Part shown: piece after piece, positions 57,200-64,000 of the stretch | Numbering within the stretch: position 1 is the stretch's first letter | Layout: every line of letters starts with the position of its first letter | Source of the DNA: Rhodospirillaceae bacterium | GTDB lineage: Bacteria > Pseudomonadota > Alphaproteobacteria > GCA-2731375 | Direction of reading: 5' to 3' | NCBI GenBank assembly: GCA_018667855.1 | Contig: JABIRL010000002.1 | Coordinates: forward strand, 2,300 to 66,299 | DNA: 64,000 nt | Translations under genes and position numbers: made by a program | The notes under the pieces: generated by a model | Database searches by the model: none | What the model was told of the DNA's origin: nothing | Seen by the model: only the letters and a program-made list of their open reading frames with translations

Positions 57200-57601
57200 T
57201 TATTGGGGCGGCTCCGCCAGCCTGGGATCCTTGAGCGTCTTGGCAAATCCCACGATATCGTCCACCTGTTCATAGGTGAGCTGTATCGGCGGGGCATTCA
57301 GGGGTAATTTAGTGGGCGGTTGCTGATCGGGCAGAAAAATGAACGAGGGGTGCGGCCGTCGGGCATAGAAACTCTGAAACCTTTCCACGCCGTCCCGCAG
57401 ACTGGCCAGAAGCTGAAATGACGGTGTACTGCCGATACCTCCGAATTTGTTAAATTTGCCCACAACATGACAAACCGCGCAGTGCTTTTGAGCCAACAGA
57501 CGACCTTTGTCGATATCAACAGCCACAGCCCGCGGTACTGGCCAGATCAACCAAACCAACCAAAACGCTGTAACCCATCGCACCAATGTGGCGGGCTTCA
57601 C
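57200..57601 (-). CDS. Periplasmic monoheme c-type cytochrome
   Basis: Signal peptide; G..LA.KHCAVCHVVG; GGIGSTPSF..L; RRPHPSF. Confidence 0.8.
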   Translation of the reverse strand: MKPATLVRWVTAFWLVWLIWPVPRAVAVDIDKGRLLAQKHCAVCHVVGKFNKFGGIGSTPSFQLLASLRDGVERFQSFYARRPHPSFIFLPDQQPPTKLPLNAPPIQLTYEQVDDIVGFAKTLKDPRLAEPPQ

Positions 57602-57604
57602 CGG

Positions 57605-58099
57605 CTAGTTCCCGTCCGTGGTAGGGGTTGCGGCAATCTCCCAGGTCCGTACCGACTCATTTGCATTGGTCGGCTGAATAACGCGAAACCGTTCCACAAT
57701 GCCCTGTTCTTCATGTTCCCGATCCAACGCCAGCAGCGTATTTACCGGATGATCGCATAGACCGGCGGCGAATGCGGCCTCGTCCCGGGCAACGGCGGAT
57801 GCCTCTTCCAGGCCGGGCGCGCCGCAGTTCGAGACAAAATACGCCGCCAGGGTATCAATTACCCCTTGGTATTGGTTCTCTTCAATCCTGGCGACGGCAA
57901 CCAATGTGGACCATCCAAAACTCTCAAGACCGAGGAAACCATTTCGAAACGCCTGACGTTGCTTGCCGGAAATCGCCATTGGCTCCACATCGGCGAACAT
58001 AAACGCGCCCGTGACGGCCCATTCGCCAGCCGCCGCCGCAGTCTCGAATACCCGGCCGTCCGTATCATCCAGTCGTATGGTTCGCGGAAACAACATCAC
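57605..58099 (-). CDS. DUF6505-like protein
   Basis: RTIRLD.TD..VFE.AA..GEWAV.GAF.F, GK.RQAF.NGFLG..SFGWST.V.V, A..E..FA..LC.HP.NTLL...R......I.E.FR.I. Confidence 0.75.
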   Translation of the reverse strand: MMLFPRTIRLDDTDGRVFETAAAAGEWAVTGAFMFADVEPMAISGKQRQAFRNGFLGLESFGWSTLVAVARIEENQYQGVIDTLAAYFVSNCGAPGLEEASAVARDEAAFAAGLCDHPVNTLLALDREHEEQGIVERFRVIQPTNANESVRTWEIAATPTTDGN

Positions 58100-58137
58100 C
58101 CGCCTTCAATGTTTTCGCCAATTCCCGTCAATTCCCG

Positions 58138-59574
58138 TCAATGAACATCATAGACCATGGGCGCCATTTCATCCGCCGTGCGGTTGGCGAAATCAATCTC
58201 AGGCACCCGCGCCATGGAACGTTGCTGGGCAGCTTCCAGTGCCGTTAGCTCCGCATCCAGGTCAATGGTCAGGCATTTGCCACCTTCCACCACCAGGCGG
58301 CCATCGACATAGACATCGCGCACGGCCCGTTCCGCGGCAACATAAAGCAGGCTGCGCAGGGGTTCGCGCAGGGGACGCATGGCCTGGTTTTTCAGATCGA
58401 CCAACACCAGATCCGCCTTGGCGCCAACCGCCAGGCGGCCAATGTCGTCCCGGCGTAGGGCCTTGGCGCCGCCGATGGTGGCGGCTTCGAAAATGTCGGA
58501 TGTATTAAGATCATCCACCGTGCCCGCCACGGCCCGGGCCACCGTGGCCGCGTTGCGCATTTCATCCAGGATATTGTGGGGATAGGTATCGGTGCCGATG
58601 CCTATGTTTACCCCGGCCTTCAGATAACCGCCCAATGTATTCAGTGCGATACCACGGCGCATGAAGACGGTCGGGCAGTGGGCCACGGTAACGCCCCGTT
58701 CGGCGAGCAGATCCAGATCTTCGCGGGTCGACCAATGCAGCCAGGGGTGATGGTCCAGAAAAATGCCGTGACCGATGATGCTGCGGTCCGTCAGAACACC
58801 CATATCGTCCATCCATCGAATGGGAGTCTTGCCGTGGCGGCGGACCATTTCAACGAATTCATTGACCGACTGGGCCGCATGGATCTGGAACGGAAGATTG
58901 CGTTCCTCGGCATAGTCGTGGGCCTGGCGCAGCAACTCCGGGCTCAAGGTATCAACCTGGGCCGGCGACATCATGCCGGTCAGGCGGCCGCTGGGGTGCT
59001 GATTGGCCAGATCGATGGTCCGCTTGGCGACCTCGAAACCTTTGGGACCGCGCTCGGGGTCGCTCCAATCATATTCCAGCAGATGGCCGTCTTTGGTGTA
59101 CCAGGGCGCATCGCGGAACGACGGCGCCACGCAGGCCCGAATGCCTGCCTCGGCCAGCAGATCCAGCCAGCCATCGAACGGCATGGAATAATCGACAATG
59201 GTGGTGCAGCCGCTTTGCAGCAACTCTGCCATGGCCACCTTGTGACAGGGCGGCGTGCCTTCGGGGTCGTTGTTGAAGATAGTCAGATATTCATACAGCG
59301 AGGAATGATAGAAATTCGGGCTGCGGGTCTCGTCCGTAATGCCCTTGCGAAGGGGTTCCGAGGTGGGATGGCTGTGAATATTGACCAGCCCCGGCATCAC
59401 CATGACATCGCCGCCCGGTATCTCCGCATCCACCGGGCCGTCGTAACCGCCGCCCACATGGCTGATCTGGTTGCCGGTAAAGGCCACATCCACGTCCCGC
59501 ATATATTGATGCCGGCCCAAGGCATCGTTCCAGGCGACAACCCAGGCAGCGTTTCTAATCACCGTCGTTTTCAC
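58138..59574 (-). CDS. Amidohydrolase-family (Atz/Trz/SAH-deaminase-like) metallohydrolase
   Basis: PGLVNIHSH, ELL.SGCTT, QIHAAQS, IGHG, HCP, GIGTD, ATIGGAKAL, GAKADLV; GTG start at 59574 with GGAAGGA RBS (track ORF starts 59616). Confidence 0.85.
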   Translation of the reverse strand: MKTTVIRNAAWVVAWNDALGRHQYMRDVDVAFTGNQISHVGGGYDGPVDAEIPGGDVMVMPGLVNIHSHPTSEPLRKGITDETRSPNFYHSSLYEYLTIFNNDPEGTPPCHKVAMAELLQSGCTTIVDYSMPFDGWLDLLAEAGIRACVAPSFRDAPWYTKDGHLLEYDWSDPERGPKGFEVAKRTIDLANQHPSGRLTGMMSPAQVDTLSPELLRQAHDYAEERNLPFQIHAAQSVNEFVEMVRRHGKTPIRWMDDMGVLTDRSIIGHGIFLDHHPWLHWSTREDLDLLAERGVTVAHCPTVFMRRGIALNTLGGYLKAGVNIGIGTDTYPHNILDEMRNAATVARAVAGTVDDLNTSDIFEAATIGGAKALRRDDIGRLAVGAKADLVLVDLKNQAMRPLREPLRSLLYVAAERAVRDVYVDGRLVVEGGKCLTIDLDAELTALEAAQQRSMARVPEIDFANRTADEMAPMVYDVH

Positions 59575-59693
59575 TCTATTTCCTTCCAGGCTGGCTTGCC
59601 GGTCATCCTGCCCCAATCCGAAAAGCTGTCAAGGAATCCTGTTGTTTTTGTTATTTTTGCTTTTTAAAATCGTTCGAAACCCCAACCTGCTCC

Positions 59694-60308
59694 ATGAGAG
59701 GCGCGATGCCGTTGAATACCGATTATCTGGAAGACGCATTGTCGAATGTTGGGTTCAAGTCGGAAAAATCCCATGATTTTGTCAGGCATTGGTTTTCCTT
59801 GCGGGGCGACGCCCTGGTACCGCGCCGGCAAGCCTTTGATCCAGCCGATGTGCCGCATTTGCTAGCCAATATTTCCATTCATGAATTCGTCGCTCCCGAA
59901 CGGATCGAATTGCGTCTGGCCGGCACAAAGTTGGTGGAACGCTATGGTCAGGAGATTACCGGTCGCAACTATCTGGACTTCGTTCCCGAAGCCCGCCGGG
60001 AAAAAACATATGAGCTATTGTCCCATATCATCAAGCAACCCTGCGGCATGCTGGTTCGGATGCGCACGGCCACCAATGTAGGCATTCTTGGCGGTGGTAA
60101 CGAATCCGTCGGCTTGCCGTTTCATAATCGCGACGGTCTGTTGAATACGGTGATGTATCACGTCGCCAACTGGGAATATGACCGATCAACGGCCGATCCG
60201 GGGCAACGCATGGAAGCCCATTTTCCCACCGAACGCGTATACTTCGACCTGGGCGCGGGTCTGCCGGATTGGGACGATGAACCCTATCCGGTCGCCAATA
60301 CTACCTAG
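59694..60308 (+). CDS. Stand-alone PAS-domain protein (PAS_5-like)
   Basis: W.SLR.....P.R..FDP...P.LL..I.I.E, RLAGT.L..R.G.E.TG.N.LD, E....LP. Confidence 0.72.
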   Translation: MRGAMPLNTDYLEDALSNVGFKSEKSHDFVRHWFSLRGDALVPRRQAFDPADVPHLLANISIHEFVAPERIELRLAGTKLVERYGQEITGRNYLDFVPEARREKTYELLSHIIKQPCGMLVRMRTATNVGILGGGNESVGLPFHNRDGLLNTVMYHVANWEYDRSTADPGQRMEAHFPTERVYFDLGAGLPDWDDEPYPVANTT

Positions 60309-60547
60309 TCCAGTTTCAAGCCGAGGGCCCCGACGGCATGGGCCGTGATGGCGCCGCAATTGTCGCACGCCACATTGATAACCGGCACCGATGCACCGCC
60401 GGCTTCGACCCCGTCCCTGAAATTTTTCTGCAATATAAACTTGGTGAAACCATTGAGGACCGTAAACTTCATATGGTCGCAGCGGTGACAGGGTTTGATA
60501 ACTCCCTTTTGCTGCAACAAAAGACCAACGCTATTGGTATCCATCAT
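60305..60547 (-). CDS. Small zinc-ribbon-like hypothetical protein
   Basis: 80 aa with CHRC and CDNCG pairs. Confidence 0.6.
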   Translation of the reverse strand: MMDTNSVGLLLQQKGVIKPCHRCDHMKFTVLNGFTKFILQKNFRDGVEAGGASVPVINVACDNCGAITAHAVGALGLKLD

Positions 60548-60733
60548 GCCCCCTCTTTTTTTCCAACTCGGAGATGTTGCTGCTCTTCAGGGTATACACC
60601 AACCGCCAACGCAAAAAGCCGGGTTATAAATTATTGTACAAATTATCCTGCGGCGCCTGCGACAATAAGACGTATCGATTGCGCGAAACAAAATAACAAA
60701 CTTTATATGAGACACAATATTTGAAGGAGACGC

Positions 60734-60994
60734 ATGGTGAATTATCGAAAGCTGAAGGCATTCTTTCTCTGGTGCACCATCATCAACGGCTGCCTGTTGG
60801 CGCTATCGACGATTGTTTTCATTCTAGCACCGGAGGCAATCTTTCAAATCCACAGCAAGCTGCTACCGGTTTCCCAGGAAACTTACAACAACGCCATCTA
60901 CTTGTTCCTGGGACTATTCAAGATCATCTGGCTGACCTTCAATCTGGTTCCCTATGTGGCCTTGCGAGTAATTGGCGACGACCACACAGATTGA
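60734..60994 (+). CDS. Small two-TM membrane protein (DUF6868-like)
   Basis: FFLWCTIIN..LL, IH..L, Y.FLGLFKI..L.FNLVPY.AL.VI; GAAGGAG RBS. Confidence 0.7.
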   Translation: MVNYRKLKAFFLWCTIINGCLLALSTIVFILAPEAIFQIHSKLLPVSQETYNNAIYLFLGLFKIIWLTFNLVPYVALRVIGDDHTD

Positions 60995-61009
60995 GCCCTA
61001 TGACCGGGT

Positions 61010-62734
61010 CTAATGAATTTCAGGTTCCGGCACTGCCTCGCCGTCACGCAGGATAGCAAAGTCACAACCCTGGTCGGCCTGGGTCACGTGTTGAGCGTAG
61101 ATGGCGCCGAAGCCGCGGGCATAGCGTGGTTCGGGGGCCGTCCAGGCGGCTTTACGGGCAGCCAGTTCCGCATCATCCAGCAATAGATCCAGGCGCCGGG
61201 CGGGTACGTCGAGGCAAACCATGTCGCCGGTCCGCACGAACGCCAATGGTCCGCCAACGAATGATTCAGGTGAGACGTGCAGGACGCAAGTGCCATACGA
61301 AGTGCCGCTCATCCGGGCATCGGAGAGGCGCACCATGTCGTCGACGCCTTGCTGCAGCAGTTTTTTCGGGATCGGCAGCATGCCCCATTCCGGCATGCCG
61401 GGACCACCCTGGGGGCCGGAGTTGCGCAGGATCAGCACGCTGTCCGCCGTCACATCCAGGTCGTCGCGGTCAATGCGGGCCGCCATGTCGTTGTAATCCT
61501 CGAACACCAGGGCCGGGCCCGTGTGGGTCAGCAGATCAGGATCCGCCGCGATGGGTTTCAAAACAGCACCCGTGGGGGCCAGGTTGCCCCGCAATACGGC
61601 CAAGGTCTGCTGGTCGGAGACCGGATTGTCCAGGGGGCGGATCACGTCGTCATCATAGACTTCGGCGCCGGCGATATTCTCGGCCAGGGTCTTGCCGCTG
61701 ACCGTGGGCGCCTCGCCTTCCAACAGATGGGACAAGCGTCCCATCAGGGCACGAATGCCGCCCGCATAATAAAAATCCTCCATCAGGTACTTGCCCGATG
61801 GCCGCACATTGGCCAGCAAGGGCACCTCGCGGGCAATGGTATCGAGGTCATCCAGCTTGATATCCACCTTGGCCCGTCCCGCCATGGCCAGGATATGCAC
61901 GGCGGCATTTGTGGAACCGCCATAGGCCATGGCCAGGCGCATGGCGTTGCGGAAGGCGCGCTCATCCAGGAACGAGGAGATTTTCTCATCATCCCAGACC
62001 ATTTCCACGATACGGCGACCGCTTTCCGATGCCAGGCGGATATGGGAGCTGTCGGCGGCGGGAATGGAACTTCCCCCCGGCAGCACCAGGCCCAGCGCTT
62101 CGGCAATCGCCGTCATGGTGGAGGCCGTGCCCATGGTCATACAGGTGCCGGGAGAGCGCGAGATACCGCTTTCGATGGCGTCCCAGTCCTTGGCATCCAG
62201 CCGCCCGGCGCGCCGCTCGGCCCAGAATTTCCAGGCATCGCTGCCCGTGCCCAGGGTATTGCCGGCCCAGTTGCCGCGCAGGGCCGGACCGGCCGGAAAA
62301 AAGATCGTCGGCAGGTCCATGGATGTAGCCGCCATGATCAAGGCCGGCGTGGTCTTGTCGCAACCGCCCATAAGGATCACGCCATCAATGGGATGGCTGC
62401 GGATCAGCTCCTCCGCCTCCATGGCCAGGAAGTTCCGATACAGCATGGTGGTCGGCTTGACAATGGGTTCGGCCAGAGACATGGCGGGCAGTTCAACGGG
62501 GAAGCCGCCCGCCTGCCAGACGCCGCGCTTGATCTCCTCCGCCCGCTGCCTCAGATGCATGTGGCAGGCATTCAGGTCGGACCAGGTATTGATAATGGCG
62601 ATAACCGGCTTACCGGCGAAATCGGCCGTTGAGTAACCCATTTGCTTGGCCCGGGAGCGATGGCCGAAGGCGCGCAGGTCGTCCACGCCGAACCAGCGGT
62701 GGCTGCGTAATTCGTTCGGTTTCTTGCGTGTCAT
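61010..62734 (-). CDS. IlvD/Edd-family sugar-acid dehydratase (L-arabinonate dehydratase-like)
   Basis: LRS.RWF, GKPVIAIINTWSD..ACH, KPTTMLYRN.LAM, GGCDKTTP, CMTMGTAST, GGSTNA, GPGMPEWGM, SDARMSGTSYG. Confidence 0.9.
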   Translation of the reverse strand: MTRKKPNELRSHRWFGVDDLRAFGHRSRAKQMGYSTADFAGKPVIAIINTWSDLNACHMHLRQRAEEIKRGVWQAGGFPVELPAMSLAEPIVKPTTMLYRNFLAMEAEELIRSHPIDGVILMGGCDKTTPALIMAATSMDLPTIFFPAGPALRGNWAGNTLGTGSDAWKFWAERRAGRLDAKDWDAIESGISRSPGTCMTMGTASTMTAIAEALGLVLPGGSSIPAADSSHIRLASESGRRIVEMVWDDEKISSFLDERAFRNAMRLAMAYGGSTNAAVHILAMAGRAKVDIKLDDLDTIAREVPLLANVRPSGKYLMEDFYYAGGIRALMGRLSHLLEGEAPTVSGKTLAENIAGAEVYDDDVIRPLDNPVSDQQTLAVLRGNLAPTGAVLKPIAADPDLLTHTGPALVFEDYNDMAARIDRDDLDVTADSVLILRNSGPQGGPGMPEWGMLPIPKKLLQQGVDDMVRLSDARMSGTSYGTCVLHVSPESFVGGPLAFVRTGDMVCLDVPARRLDLLLDDAELAARKAAWTAPEPRYARGFGAIYAQHVTQADQGCDFAILRDGEAVPEPEIH

Positions 62735-62769
62735 GGTGCTCTCCGCTGCTTATCGTTTTATCGTTTTGG

Positions 62770-63585
62770 TTATTGGGAAGCGGTGATGCCGCCATCGACA
62801 TAGGTAATTTGTCCGGTCACGAAGTCCGAGGCCGGGGTGCAAAAACTCAGGGCTGGGCCGACCACATCCTTGGGATCGGCGATCCGGCCCAGGGGAATGC
62901 GGTCCAACAGACCTTGGCGAAACTCCGGGTTCTCCATAACGTGCCGGATCATTTCCGTGTAGACAAATGTGGGCGCCACGCCATTGACGGTGATGCCGTT
63001 CGGCGCCAATTCCATGGCATGTTGTTTGATCAGCATCACCATGCCGCCCTTGGTCGAGCAATAGGCGGAATAGCCCCGGTCCCGCAAACCCAATTGCGAG
63101 CGTACGGACAGCAGATGCACCTGCTTGCCCCAGCCACTGGCCGAGGCAACCTGATGGCGCGCGGCGGCCTGGGCCAGGAACATCGCGGCCTTTAAATTGA
63201 CCTGATAAACCTCATCGAAGGCCTCTTCGGTAACTTCCAGCAGCGGCTCCTCGCGCTGAATGCCGACGCAGTTCATCAGGATATCGATGGCACCGTGATC
63301 GTTCGCGATAGCATCGGCCCGGTCCCTGATTTCCGCCACGGATGTCACGTCCACGGCATTGCCATGGGCCTTGAAGCCGGCATCGCGGATCGATTGCGCC
63401 AGAGCTTCCGCCTTGCCGGCATCTCGGCCGGAAATCACCACTTCAGCACCGTGCATGGCCAAACCCCAGGCGATGGCCTCGCCGATGCCACCGTAACCGC
63501 CGGGCAGCCAGGCTACCTTGCCATCAACCCGGAACAGGCAGTCCAGTGCCTTGGTGAAGTCTACCTTTGGCGTGATCTCGTTCAT
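62770..63585 (-). CDS. SDR-family oxidoreductase (gluconate 5-dehydrogenase-like)
   Basis: PGGYGGIG, DVTS, N..G, YCSTKGG (YxxxK), NGVAP, GQ..YVDGG. Confidence 0.88.
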   Translation of the reverse strand: MNEITPKVDFTKALDCLFRVDGKVAWLPGGYGGIGEAIAWGLAMHGAEVVISGRDAGKAEALAQSIRDAGFKAHGNAVDVTSVAEIRDRADAIANDHGAIDILMNCVGIQREEPLLEVTEEAFDEVYQVNLKAAMFLAQAAARHQVASASGWGKQVHLLSVRSQLGLRDRGYSAYCSTKGGMVMLIKQHAMELAPNGITVNGVAPTFVYTEMIRHVMENPEFRQGLLDRIPLGRIADPKDVVGPALSFCTPASDFVTGQITYVDGGITASQ

Positions 63586-63595
63586 TTATTGCTCC

Positions 63596-64000
63596 TCAGG
63601 CCGCCTGCCCGCCGACCAGATCACCCAGATATGCGGTGACGTCGGGGTTGGCGAGCAGGCCGTCGTAGGTGGGCGCCAAGCTCAGTCGGCCGTGCTGGAC
63701 GAAGATGTAACGCTCGCAGATTTCCTGCATGATTTGCAGATGGAACGGCTCATTCGGATGCACGCACAGTACAACCAGCCGACCCTCGTCCCGCAGCCGG
63801 CGAAAGAAATCCAGCATAAAGCCGATGTAGCCGTCCTGGGTATTGAACTGCGGCTCGTCGAACAGATGCACCATTGGGTAGTCCGTATGGGACGGCTGCA
63901 ACATGAAATTTGGCCGCCGCTTGCGGAAATGACGCACCTGATAGGACTGGTGATAGTGAATGGCCAGGCGGTCCCGCTGATCGCTGCGGACCTGATGAAT
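63596..64000 (-). CDS. ABC-ATPase-like protein, C-terminal part (5' end outside the window)
   Basis: Frame open from 64000: IHQVRSDQRDRLAIHYHQSYQ...HLFDEP...LRDEGRLVVLCVH...EICERYIFVQHG; Walker B and H-loop recognisable. Confidence 0.65.
   Translation of the reverse strand: MHQVRSDQRDRLAIHYHQSYQVRHFRKRRPNFMLQPSHTDYPMVHLFDEPQFNTQDGYIGFMLDFFRRLRDEGRLVVLCVHPNEPFHLQIMQEICERYIFVQHGRLSLAPTYDGLLANPDVTAYLGDLVGGQAA

Noticed and set aside
1-64000. rRNA, tRNA, transposase, integrase, prophage or defence genes
   Set aside because: No recognisable motifs; nearly all sequence is explained by metabolic, transport or secretion CDSs. tRNAscan/Rfam were not run

Overview
A high-GC bacterial window. Gene content and protein style suggest an alphaproteobacterium, probably Rhodospirillales-like (inference). 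It has five blocks. (1) 64-4842: a pcaHGB protocatechuate ring-cleavage operon flanked by two luciferase-like (LLM) oxidoreductases and an ABM protein. (2) 4852-24435: a large purine-catabolism supercluster (BMP-type ABC importer, xdhABC, puuD, uraH, uraD, puuE, guaD, allantoate amidohydrolase, an extra M20 hydrolase, an NTF2/SnoaL protein, an RpiR regulator, and an adenine deaminase split by a +1 frameshift). (3) 25481-41869: a 2332-aa RTX surface protein with Asn/Gly/Ala repeats, transcribed divergently from a type I secretion operon (two ABC transporters with degenerate signatures, HlyD, and a TolC lipoprotein fused to two SPOR-like domains), with a convergent SapC gene and CtrA-like boxes in the shared promoter region. 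(4) 42081-58099: tungstate ABC transporter plus a Cys-type periplasmic formate dehydrogenase and many accessory genes (HdrA/MvhD-like polyferredoxin, DUF3305/3306/6352/6505-like proteins, TorD chaperone, WD40-cytochrome c fusion, an unannotated 40-aa ORF, an apparently dead MurD paralog). (5) 58138-64000: amidohydrolase, stand-alone PAS protein, small AT-rich genes, and sugar-acid dehydratase/SDR genes. The best candidate for an undescribed system is the T1SS block, which may secrete an adhesin at the septum under cell-cycle control. The FDH accessory island is second. All family calls come from motif recognition by eye; no database searches were run. I saw no rRNA, tRNA, CRISPR array or transposase.
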